From: Promethearchaeota archaeon
Lineage (GTDB): Archaea > Asgardarchaeota > Lokiarchaeia > Sigyniarchaeales > SOKP01
Length of the DNA: 57,425 nt
NCBI GenBank assembly: GCA_011364975.1
Contig: RDOE01000014.1
Span: 1 to 57,425, forward strand
Direction: 5' to 3'
Numbering within the stretch: position 1 is the first letter of the stretch; every line of letters starts with the position of its first letter. The position numbers and the translations under genes were made by a program. The notes under the pieces were generated by a model, which worked only from the letters and a program-made list of their open reading frames with translations, did no database searches and was not told the origin of the DNA. Shown in pieces: positions 40,337-49,526 of this stretch.

Positions 40337-41296
40337 GTGAAATTTATGTCTCGAAAAATAGAGGACACTAAATATCTAAATTATTTACTTCAATCCCTAA
40401 ATGTTGATGGATTAAAACAGGTATGTAGGGAGTTTTCAATTAAGGGATTTTCGGGAAAGAAAAAGTCAGATTTAGTTACCCTAATTATAGATTCACTTGC
40501 AGAAGAAGAAATAAAAGATTTAATTAAAGATAAAGAGTTAGAGATTATTTCAGACGAGATAAACCTAGCAATAAAAAAAATAAATGGAGAAGACCGAGAA
40601 TCATTAGAAGCAATTAAAATTATTAATGAAAAAAATCATGAGATTGAATTATATTTTAAAGGATTCAACTGGGATGTCACTTCATACTTATCGATTCGAC
40701 CCGATAATATCAATGATCCTGAGCGCGATTGTGATTGCCGAATGGGAGCTAATATGGGTTTCTGTAGTCATTTTTGGGTGGGATTTATTTTTTCTTTAAA
40801 ACAAAAATATCTTTCCCTCTCTGATTGGAATCTTACTACGCTCCCTATTAATTTTGATAAAATAATTCAGTCCATCAAAATTAGCGCTCCTTCCTCACCA
40901 GGAGACAAAGTTAAGGGAGCTCAAAAAGTTGCAGGGCTAGTAGATGAATCTTCAGAGAGTTCAGTGCTTATGAAGATGAATGGTGCAAGTGTTACGGTAT
41001 ATGAAGGAATAATTACAGATATTGTTCAAAAACAATCTGATTTTCAAGGAAATATTACAACTTATTATCATGTTTCCCTTAAGAACGTTCGAATGGGTCC
41101 CAGAGTTGCTAAAAAAAGTGATATTAAAAAGGAAGATATTCTTGATCTAAAGAATTTAAAAATAAGAATAAGTGAGAATCTACAGGAAAGCGCGAAATTA
41201 AATAATGGCGATAAAATTTCAGTGAATGGAAAGCTTGATAAAGATAATTTTTGGGGTTTCTTGGTAAAAAATATAAGAAAAGTAGATAAGGTATAA
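40337..41296 (+). CDS. HeH/SAP-like + SWIM Zn-finger + OB-fold nucleic-acid-binding protein
   Basis: LNVDGLKQVCREFSIKGFSGKKKSDLV; CDC-x8-CSH; C-terminal GDKISVNGKL. Confidence 0.7.
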   Translation: MKFMSRKIEDTKYLNYLLQSLNVDGLKQVCREFSIKGFSGKKKSDLVTLIIDSLAEEEIKDLIKDKELEIISDEINLAIKKINGEDRESLEAIKIINEKNHEIELYFKGFNWDVTSYLSIRPDNINDPERDCDCRMGANMGFCSHFWVGFIFSLKQKYLSLSDWNLTTLPINFDKIIQSIKISAPSSPGDKVKGAQKVAGLVDESSESSVLMKMNGASVTVYEGIITDIVQKQSDFQGNITTYYHVSLKNVRMGPRVAKKSDIKKEDILDLKNLKIRISENLQESAKLNNGDKISVNGKLDKDNFWGFLVKNIRKVDKV

Positions 41297-41333
41297 AAGA
41301 TTGAATATTTAAAATAGTGATTTTATCCTTAAT

Positions 41334-42719
41334 GTGAGGGGAATGTCAGCAAAATCGGGATATGTAAATGATTTAAATATGATTTTAGCTACTGATTTTT
41401 ACCAGCTTACTATGTCAGCAGCATATTATCAAAATAATCTGGAGAATCAAATAAGTAATGACCAGGATATTGCAGTTTTTGATCTATTTGTAAGGAAGTT
41501 TCCGAAGAACCGAAATTATTTAATCTTCGCAGGTCTAGAACAAGTTATTCATTATTTACAGAATGCTCGATTTACAGAAAGGGCTATAAATTTTCTCAGA
41601 AAGAAGGAAGTATTTAGAAATATTGATAGGCGATTTTTTGAGGAATATCTACCAAAATTTAAATTTAAACTTGATGTTTGGTCGATTCGAGAGGGAAATT
41701 TTTTCTTTCCAAATGAACCAATTATACGGGTACAGGGTCCTATAATTCATGCACAATTAGCTGAAACATATTTATTGAATGTAATAAATTACCAAACTAT
41801 TGTAGCATCTAAAGCTTCTCGAATAAAAGCTATAGCACCCAATAAGATCTTGCTTGAATTTGGAACGAGAAGATCTCATAGTCCTCTTGCTGGTATTTAT
41901 GCAGCTAGAGCAAGTTATATTGCGGGTTTTGATGGAACTAGCAATGTTCTAGCAGATATTGAATTGGGAATTAATTCTAGCGGAACGATGGCTCATAGTT
42001 TTGTCCAAAAATTTGAAAATGAGATGGAAAGCTTCGAAACATATTATAAGTTATATGGTAGTGATTCCATCTTATTAATCGATACATACGATACAGAAAG
42101 AGCTGCTAAAAGCATTTCAAAATACAAGAATACTATAAAAGCAGTAAGGATCGATTCAGGAGATCTTATTGAACATTCCAAAAAAGTTCGTAAAATTCTT
42201 GATGAAAATGGATGTAAAAAGGTCTTAATAGTAGCTAGTTCAGATTTGAATGAATATAAAATTAAGGAAATACTAGAGAAAAAAGCACCTATTGATGCTT
42301 TTGGAATTGGAACCGAATTAGCGACATCTCGAGATGATCCTACACTCGCTGCGGTCTATAAGCTTATAGAATCTAATGGAAAACCAAGAATCAAAATAAG
42401 TGAAGATAAAATAACATTCCCGGGTAAAAAGCAGGTGTATCGAATATTTGATAAAGATGGGATTTTTAAAGAAGATTTAATGATGTTAGAAAATGAAAGC
42501 CCACCTCCAGATTCAGAAGCTCTTCTTATCCCTATAATGAAACAAGGAAACCTAGTTAATCAACTACCTAATTTGGATGAGATTAAACAATATTTTCTTA
42601 CTAATATTGAAAAATTACCAAATGAATTCAAGGATCTAGAAAAAAGCCAAGGATCCAACGTATTAATATCCAAAAAACTAAGTGATTTAACAAATTCATT
42701 AAGGTTAAAACATTCTTAA
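41334..42719 (+). CDS. pncB: Nicotinate phosphoribosyltransferase
   Basis: TDFYQLTM, EFGTRR, GTMAHSF, IDTYD, VRIDSGD, FGIGT, VYKL. Confidence 0.95.
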   Translation: MRGMSAKSGYVNDLNMILATDFYQLTMSAAYYQNNLENQISNDQDIAVFDLFVRKFPKNRNYLIFAGLEQVIHYLQNARFTERAINFLRKKEVFRNIDRRFFEEYLPKFKFKLDVWSIREGNFFFPNEPIIRVQGPIIHAQLAETYLLNVINYQTIVASKASRIKAIAPNKILLEFGTRRSHSPLAGIYAARASYIAGFDGTSNVLADIELGINSSGTMAHSFVQKFENEMESFETYYKLYGSDSILLIDTYDTERAAKSISKYKNTIKAVRIDSGDLIEHSKKVRKILDENGCKKVLIVASSDLNEYKIKEILEKKAPIDAFGIGTELATSRDDPTLAAVYKLIESNGKPRIKISEDKITFPGKKQVYRIFDKDGIFKEDLMMLENESPPPDSEALLIPIMKQGNLVNQLPNLDEIKQYFLTNIEKLPNEFKDLEKSQGSNVLISKKLSDLTNSLRLKHS

Positions 42720-42894
42720 TTTAAATTTAAAGCTTATTTTATCTAAAATACTTCGCATTCCGTTTAGTTTGCTTTAAATGATAATTTAAAAGTTAAGAGT
42801 CCCTCTTGATTATATTTACAAATAATCATTTTTAATTAGTCTATATGCTATTTGAACAATAATAAGACATAATAAAGAATTAAGTGGATTTAAG

Positions 42895-43842
42895 GTGAAT
42901 TTTAAAAAATTTAAATGAAATGATTGTCAAAGATTAAAAACGATTTCTCTTTTGCTTGGAGTGTTAATGCTGCAAATTATACCATTGTCTGCTCTCATAC
43001 CCTCGACAGTATATGCTCAACAAACGGAATGGATTAATTCCGTAAAGGATGTTAACCATCTTGAATATTTTATGGAATTTTCAGCTAATATTAATAACTA
43101 TACTTCCACAAAATATAGACTTGATTTCACAACAGTAGGAAGTAGTGAGTTGCGAATTTCTGTAAATTATGAAGATGTTTCATTAACTAAAGGTAAAGCT
43201 AACTTTCAATATCAGATTTCACTTGAATCAAATGAGATCAATAATGTTAATTTAAACTTTTATGATTTATATATTACAAGCACTCATACAGAGCTATTTA
43301 TAGATCTAGAAAATGCTGGAACCTCTCAAACATTACGCGTTGATGAAACTGTAATTTTCGCGGATTTCTTAAAAAGAGGGCATTTTGAAGGATTAAGAAA
43401 AATTGACACCACATTCCAATATGGGGGAATAGCGGTTATTAAGAACGATTTAATCAGATCCTTTTCCACATATCACTATAGTACTAATTATCAATGGGAA
43501 TCTGATGGTATATACTGAGAATCTAAAACCCACTGGACCATTCTAGTAGATTATTACTTTGATACTCAGACGGGATTATTAGTTTTCGAGAAATTCCATG
43601 CTAATAGGTATGACTTCGCAGATGAAAAAGGATTTGACCCCATAGTAGAAGATCTTTATATCAATAGAACGTTGGCTCTCGTGAATTCTGTTAAAATATT
43701 AGCCAACTATCAGGATTTAGGACCTTTAAATCCTTTTCAAAATCTTATATGGGTCACTTTACTTATTATATTTATACCAACTGCTGCATTTGTAATATTT
43801 TACATAGGAAAATCTATAAAACGAAAAGTTCAAAGAGTTTAA
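42895..43842 (+). CDS. Candidate selenoprotein: signal peptide, extracellular domain and C-terminal TM, with in-frame TGA at 43516 (and at 42916 if GTG 42895 is the start)
   Basis: Frame stays open 107 codons beyond TGA 43516 to TAA 43840-42 and ends in a TM helix plus basic tail; SECIS-like hairpin follows directly. Confidence 0.6.
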
Positions 43843-43845
43843 TCT

Positions 43846-43883
43846 ATGAAATTGTTCAATAAACCTCTGGATGAACAATCGAG
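43846..43883 (+). promoter_or_regulatory. Eukaryote-like (Lokiarchaeal-type) SECIS element candidate
   Basis: AUGAA-AUUGUUCA-AU-AAA-CC(UCU)GG-A-UGAACAAU-CGAG: AUGA/GA core, perfect 8-bp stem, AAA and apical mini-stem. Confidence 0.65.
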
Positions 43884-44032
43884 AAAAAGGATATGCACCT
43901 TTCTAAACTCTATGTTCCAATTTTTAAATTATATACCTCTAAATCAATAAATAGAATTCATAGATAAAGAGTTCTTTTTTTAAAAAATAAAGAATAATAT
44001 TAGATCAAATAAAATATAAAGATTATAATTCT

Positions 44033-45100
44033 ATGACTTTAAATTCATATGAGAAATTAAGAGAGTTCCTAGATCAATTTCCAATAGGATTTCGTAAAAC
44101 TCAATCAGGTGTTGAGATTAAGATTTTAAAGCGTCTTTTTACCGAAGAAGAGGCAGAACTAACTACATTCTTAACTATTCGACCAGAACGCGCGCGAACT
44201 ATTGCAAGAAGAACTAATAAAAGCTTATCTGAAATAGAAGAAAAGCTGGAATTAATGGCTAAGAAAGGACTTATTTTCCGAACCCATAGAGAAAATCACA
44301 CTCTTTATAACGCAGCTCCATTTATGATTGGGTTGTATGAATATTCTGTTAAAAAAATTGATAAAGAATTAGCTCAGCTCTTTAAAGAATACTACCATAC
44401 CGCAGGACTCGAAGAGATAGGAGCAAGCAATATTCCTGGCTTTAAGGTAATTCCTTTAGAAGAGACCATTCAATCGGATACTACATTATATCCTTATCAA
44501 ATGCTCGAAGAATCAATAAAGCACGCGAGGAAAATCGCCGTCACTGATTGCGTTTGTAGAAAAGAAAGTCAGTTATTAGGAGAAGGGTGTAACCACCCTA
44601 TGGAGACTTGTTTAAGTTTTGGAGTCGCAGCGGAATATTATATAGAAAATGGGTTGGGTCGGGAAATAACATCCGAAGAGGCAATTCAAATAATTAAAGA
44701 AACGGATGAGGCTGGTTTAGTACATGCGGGAGCTAATTCAAAACATCTTTCAAACATTTGTAATTGCTGCCCTTGTTGTTGCGTCTCTATGAAAGGTATG
44801 ACTCAATATGGCCAAGATAGACAAAAGTTTATGAATGCGATATTTGAATCAATAATAGACAGAGACCTATGTATTGCTTGTGGGAGTTGTGTAGAAAGGT
44901 GCCCTGTAAATGCGATATCTTTAAATGAAGTTGCTGAAGTAGACCGGAATTTATGCCTTGGATGTGGTCTATGCTCAAATGTTTGCCCAGAAGAGGCGAT
45001 TCATTTAAAACCTAGAAAGGATCTTGAGGAACCTTTCGACAGGGTTCTAGATATGGGTATTGCTATTCTTGAGGGAAAACGAAAAACTTCAAGAGATTAA
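44033..45100 (+). CDS. Fe-S protein: wHTH-like N-terminus, Cys-rich middle (CVCR, CNCC.CCC) and 2[4Fe-4S] ferredoxin domain
   Basis: CIACGSCVERCP and CLGCGLCSNVCP. Confidence 0.88.
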   Translation: MTLNSYEKLREFLDQFPIGFRKTQSGVEIKILKRLFTEEEAELTTFLTIRPERARTIARRTNKSLSEIEEKLELMAKKGLIFRTHRENHTLYNAAPFMIGLYEYSVKKIDKELAQLFKEYYHTAGLEEIGASNIPGFKVIPLEETIQSDTTLYPYQMLEESIKHARKIAVTDCVCRKESQLLGEGCNHPMETCLSFGVAAEYYIENGLGREITSEEAIQIIKETDEAGLVHAGANSKHLSNICNCCPCCCVSMKGMTQYGQDRQKFMNAIFESIIDRDLCIACGSCVERCPVNAISLNEVAEVDRNLCLGCGLCSNVCPEEAIHLKPRKDLEEPFDRVLDMGIAILEGKRKTSRD

Positions 45101-45239
45101 TAATCTTAATTTTATATGGAAATAAACTAATTATTTTTTATTTAAAAAACGGAAGTAACTTTTTATTTTGTAATAACGTTATATATGAACTTTAAAATAA
45201 AATCTAAAAATAAGAAAAAAAGAGAGTTTTTATAATCAA

Positions 45240-45701
45240 TTAACTTAATTCATTGTTTTTGATTTTTTCTTTTAAACCCAGAAGCGCATTAAACCAGGCT
45301 TTTTGAAAATATTCACGAGCTTTTTGCCAATCTGAACCGTTTCTCCACCCTGTATGGAATAAATGAATAATAGTTTTCTTTGGGCTATTGTTATGAGAAA
45401 AAAATACAATTACATGTGTGAGAGGATCAACAAAATTCATTAACGATTTGAATTCCACTGGTCCTTTCCATTCAAATGATATAAATTTATTCGTTTCAAT
45501 TCCAGTAATTTTGCAGCCTATTGTACTATCATTTTCTGGATGGTCTGGTGCCCAAAAGAGTTCATATTTACCCCCAACTGTAGGTTCTACATTAGCTTTC
45601 ACTGTCAGCCAATTCTCTAATAGTTCATTATTCGTAAACATTGAAAAAGCGGATTTAACATCACAATCAATTTCTTCCTTAATCAGAATAATATTTTCCA
45701 T
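45240..45701 (-). CDS. SRPBCC/AHSA1-like ligand-binding protein
   Basis: L..W...VEPTVGG.Y...ISFEW...HTGW...W..AL..LK. Confidence 0.85.
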   Translation of the reverse strand: MENIILIKEEIDCDVKSAFSMFTNNELLENWLTVKANVEPTVGGKYELFWAPDHPENDSTIGCKITGIETNKFISFEWKGPVEFKSLMNFVDPLTHVIVFFSHNNSPKKTIIHLFHTGWRNGSDWQKAREYFQKAWFNALLGLKEKIKNNELS

Positions 45702-45720
45702 CTTTTTATGCCAATTTAAT

Positions 45721-45830
45721 TATTTATTACTTGTATCAATATTTATATACTTAATTTACTTAAGTAACAAAATGATATAAAGTAACAAGTATTTATAGTA
45801 TTTAAATTAAAAAGTAACTAATTGGTAATA
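45721..45830. promoter_or_regulatory. Repeated AAGTAAC motifs between divergent SRPBCC and HxlR genes (putative operators)
   Basis: AAGTAACAA at 45762 and 45780, AAGTAACTA at 45812, inverted TTACTT at 45727 and 45756. Confidence 0.45.
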
Positions 45831-45868
45831 ATGTGAGGAATTTGGAATTTTTTGAGGATTTAGAGAAT

Positions 45869-46258
45869 ATGAGAAATTGTCCTATCGAAGTTACACTTAA
45901 TATTATTGGAAAGAAATGGGCGATAAACATTATTAGAGATTTATTTAAAGGTAAAACAAGATTTTCAGAATTTTTAGATTCAAATCCCCAACTTAGTACA
46001 AAAATGCTTTCTTTGCGTCTAAAAGAATTACAAAAATCAGATATAATTAAAAAAACGATTAAATCTACCACTCCAGTTATCATTGAATATTGCTTGACTC
46101 AACAAGGAAAAAATCTTAATAAAATTCTGTTCCAATTAGCGGAATTTTCTCTTAAAAATTATCCGAATAAAGTATATAATAAAATTTCGAACGCAACAGA
46201 AGATGATATTTCTAGTTTAAAGAAGTTTTTTTTGGCAGATGACATTCATCCAATTTAA
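45869..46258 (+). CDS. HxlR/MarR-family winged-helix regulator
   Basis: CPIE.TL..IG.KW, RFSE, LS.RLKEL, EY.LT..G; ATG 45869 has a GAGG SD. Confidence 0.92.
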   Translation: MRNCPIEVTLNIIGKKWAINIIRDLFKGKTRFSEFLDSNPQLSTKMLSLRLKELQKSDIIKKTIKSTTPVIIEYCLTQQGKNLNKILFQLAEFSLKNYPNKVYNKISNATEDDISSLKKFFLADDIHPI

Positions 46259-46651
46259 TATTCTTCTTCTATAATAATAACAGCTTTATCTTTATTAGTT
46301 AAAAAATTGCCTCAGTTATGAAACTATATCCGATTGGGATGACATAATTCTTAGGTTTTTTATTAAGTTTGCCATATTATCGAATCTACTGCAAATGAAG
46401 GAGATAGGAATGGATGAGCAAATTTATGTAAAAATAAATCGTGATTCGGTATTAAATGCCCTAAATTTCTTGGATTTATGAATGGAATTTGACAAATTAT
46501 CTAATATGCTTTTTCAGAATTGAGTTATTTTTAATACTTTTCCGAGTATGAATCATTAAGAATTTTAATAGTATTATTCTACCCAAATTTTTTAAATAGC
46601 TTGAAAAGTACTTCTTTTTAATATTACATTAAATTTTGGTGTAAAATTAAG

Positions 46652-48385
46652 ATGTACCATTTAGATGGAACAGATGTATTAAACGAGAAATATTATCGAA
46701 AAACATTTTCAGTTTGTCCAGAGTGTTTGAATCGGATTCCTGCAGAGGTCGTTGAAGAGAATAATGAAATCTGGATGAAAAAAACCTGTCCCGACCATGG
46801 AGATTATAATGATAAACTTTCCTCCTCCGCTAAGTATTATAAATGGACTCATTATGCGGTCAAGGATGAAAAAGGTAATGTGATTTGGCAATTTGATAAA
46901 GATGGTGAGGCAAATCCCGCAGATTGCGCTCCAGAAGACCCTAGAGGCTGTCCTTATAACTGTGGCTTATGTCCAGAACACAAATCAACATGTTCACTTG
47001 CATTAATTGATCTTACTAATCGATGTAATTTCGCGTGTAATTTTTGTTATGCGAATGTAGAAAAAGCGGGTTATTTAATTGAACCTTCTTTGGAGGAAAT
47101 AGGAAGAATCATGGATCACTTTAGAAATAAACCCATTCCAGCCGTTGCAATCATGTTTACCGGTGGTGAACCCACCGTTAGAAAAGACTTTCCCGAAATT
47201 TGTAAAATGGCAAAAGATAGAGGATTTCAAGAAATCATTGTTGCAACAAATGGGTATGGATTTCAGCGTAAGAAGGGAGGTGCCGAATTCGCTCGAAAGT
47301 GCCGTGAAATGGGTTTAGATACGTTATACTTCCAATTCGATGGGATAAATGATGTGACTTATGAAAAAACCCGCGGTATTAAGAATTTATTTAGTTATAA
47401 GCAGCGGGTAATTGATAACTGCAGAGAAGCTGGATTCGATTCAATTGTACTCGTAGCAACAATAGCAACCGGAGTAACTGATATTGAAATAGGAAACATA
47501 ATCCAATATGCAATTGACAATATTGATATAGTAAGAGGTATCACTTTTCAACCTGTTTCGTTATGTGGGAGAATTACCGCAGAGGAAATGCAAGATTTAA
47601 GGATTACGAATGCCGATGTAATTAAAGAGATCGAGAAACAAACCGGTGGTAAGATTAGTATGGAAAATGCTTGGTATCCATTGACTACTATTGTGGAACT
47701 CGGAAGATTAATTGCATTCTTAGCTGATGTTGAACCAGCAGAGTTTACTTGCCACCCTGACTGTGGGTTCGCTACTTATATGGCAATAGACCCCAAAACC
47801 CATGAAATGGTTCCAATGATGGAATATTTTGACCCCTTAAAGGTTATAAATTTTGCAAATCGATTCTGGGAAAAGATAAAACACAGGGAGAAACAACCGA
47901 TAAAGTTCTTCGAAAATATGTTAGGTGATTTTGGAAAAACGTTAGATAATGGATTAAACTTTTTAGACAAAACCCAATTAAGAGCACGCTTTTTGCTTGG
48001 AGCTCTACAATATGCTCGAAAACCGGGCAAATTAATGGAAATGTTTGCTCGTCTCTTAGCAAACGGTGATTGGGAAAGTGTGAGCTCTTTCAGCTATGGA
48101 ACTTTATTAATCTCAAGTATGCACTTCCAAGATGCCTATAACATGGATATAGAAAGGACGAAGCGATGCATAGTTCATTTTGGTGTTGCAATGCCAGATG
48201 GAAGCGTAAAAGAAGTGTCTTTCTGTACAATGAACACACTACATCGCCCCGAAATTGAGAAATTAGTGGCAAAGAAAATAACGCAAAAGGTTAGAGATGA
48301 ATTTGATACGTCCGTAGGACAAGCTCGAGAAGATATAGAGCTTGAAACGAACCCTATGGAAGAAATAAAAGTCGAGGAAAAGTGA
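46652..48385 (+). CDS. tes: Radical SAM tetraether lipid synthase homologue (Tes / GDGT-MAS, MJ0619 family)
   Basis: N-terminal CPEC...KTCPDHG, GCPYNCGLCPEH, rSAM CNFACNFC, TCHPDCG, HFQDAYN.D..R..RC..H, FCTMN. Confidence 0.85.
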   Translation: MYHLDGTDVLNEKYYRKTFSVCPECLNRIPAEVVEENNEIWMKKTCPDHGDYNDKLSSSAKYYKWTHYAVKDEKGNVIWQFDKDGEANPADCAPEDPRGCPYNCGLCPEHKSTCSLALIDLTNRCNFACNFCYANVEKAGYLIEPSLEEIGRIMDHFRNKPIPAVAIMFTGGEPTVRKDFPEICKMAKDRGFQEIIVATNGYGFQRKKGGAEFARKCREMGLDTLYFQFDGINDVTYEKTRGIKNLFSYKQRVIDNCREAGFDSIVLVATIATGVTDIEIGNIIQYAIDNIDIVRGITFQPVSLCGRITAEEMQDLRITNADVIKEIEKQTGGKISMENAWYPLTTIVELGRLIAFLADVEPAEFTCHPDCGFATYMAIDPKTHEMVPMMEYFDPLKVINFANRFWEKIKHREKQPIKFFENMLGDFGKTLDNGLNFLDKTQLRARFLLGALQYARKPGKLMEMFARLLANGDWESVSSFSYGTLLISSMHFQDAYNMDIERTKRCIVHFGVAMPDGSVKEVSFCTMNTLHRPEIEKLVAKKITQKVRDEFDTSVGQAREDIELETNPMEEIKVEEK

Positions 48386-48395
48386 GGTGAATTAG

Positions 48396-48683
48396 ATGTC
48401 ATCAGATAATGTGGAAGTTAAGGATGGAATGAAAATAAGGAAATTAACGGAATTAAAAACGGGTGCCGAGAAAGAATACGAAGAAGCAATGTTAAAACGA
48501 GTGGAGTATTTTAAGAAGCAGAACGTAAAAAAGAGTGGATTTAATAGCCTTTTAGAAAACACGTTATTTACCACCTTCTCTTCAATATTAGATCTTAAAC
48601 TTAATATTGATAAAGCAATTGGCGAAGAGAATTTAAAGAAAGTTCATAAAGTAATTGATGAAGTTTTACTTTTTGGATTATAA
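48396..48683 (+). CDS. Small hypothetical protein co-transcribed with tes
   Basis: GAGGTGA SD overlaps tes stop codon. Confidence 0.72.
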   Translation: MSSDNVEVKDGMKIRKLTELKTGAEKEYEEAMLKRVEYFKKQNVKKSGFNSLLENTLFTTFSSILDLKLNIDKAIGEENLKKVHKVIDEVLLFGL

Positions 48684-48920
48684 ATCAAATTTTTTAATAT
48701 TATTATCATTATTTTTTAATCTTCTACTTTATTCTTAGTTTTTTGACAAGATAAAAGTCAGAGATCCATCTTTATTTTAGTTATTCATTTAGCTTGTTTG
48801 TAAAGATAATTATAACTTAACTAAAAGTTTTAAGATATAAAGCCAATATTTTTATTTTACGTAAAGAGTTAACATCACAGAAAACATATCAATACATTTA
48901 ATTAATATACCATCATAATA

Positions 48921-49430
48921 ATGTCGATTACAGTAAAGTTATACGGTTCTTTTCGAGAAAGATTGGATTCAGAAGAATTAGAGCCAGGTTTGCCTTTAAC
49001 TATGGTTATTGATCAAAACCAGTTTAAAAATGTACACGATATCTTACAGAATTTTAATATAAAGGAAGATGAAGTAAGTCATATATTTGTTAATACTGCC
49101 TATTGTGGACCCGGTAAAGAAGTAAAGAAAGGAGATCGTATTGGGATTTTTCCAAAGAAAATGGCAGCAATATTTGCTGAAATACCCCATTTAAATTCGA
49201 TCAAAATAACAGTAAAATTATTTGCAACATTAAGAAAATATGGGCCCGAAAAATCTTACATTGAGGTCCCAGAAGGTAGTATTATCAACACAGTGCTAAA
49301 AAAGATAAACCTTCCGAAAGAAGAGAAGAATCTAATATTGATGGTTAATGGGTTGCCTAAGTATGATAAAAATTTTGTACTTAAACATCACGATACTTTG
49401 GCAATTTTTCCTCCTTTGGCTGGTGGTTAA
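48921..49430 (+). CDS. Tandem MoaD/ThiS (ubiquitin-like beta-grasp) protein
   Basis: Two ITVKL(Y/F) repeats; first ends GDRIGIFP, second ends FPPLAGG. Confidence 0.87.
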   Translation: MSITVKLYGSFRERLDSEELEPGLPLTMVIDQNQFKNVHDILQNFNIKEDEVSHIFVNTAYCGPGKEVKKGDRIGIFPKKMAAIFAEIPHLNSIKITVKLFATLRKYGPEKSYIEVPEGSIINTVLKKINLPKEEKNLILMVNGLPKYDKNFVLKHHDTLAIFPPLAGG

Positions 49431-49526
49431 AATTTTTATGTATTATCATTTGATTAAGTATTAACATTATTTCTGAAAAGAAATTTCAAAAGTTATTTTT
49501 ACAATAGAATTTTAATTTAGATTATC

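Noticed and set aside
43846-43883. SECIS-like hairpin read as a simple terminator or as a 5' element of the Fe-S gene
   Set aside because: It is followed by an A-run rather than T-run on this strand, no convergent gene ends here, and the Fe-S gene has no internal TGA; disfavoured but not fully excluded.
46395-46523. Short ORF MDEQIYVK…LDL*MEFDK with AGGAG SD and a TGA
   Set aside because: Only 23-28 codons, no recognisable family and no SECIS-like hairpin nearby; perhaps a gene remnant.
48383-48410. Sec readthrough of the tes TGA stop
   Set aside because: The TGA is part of the next gene's SD, readthrough adds only a few residues, and no SECIS follows.
48740-48782. Alternative hairpins (TTTGAC/GTCAGA; AAGATAAAAG/CTTTTATTTT) upstream of the Ubl gene as a riboswitch
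   Set aside because: AT-rich pairing expected by chance; no aptamer consensus recognised.
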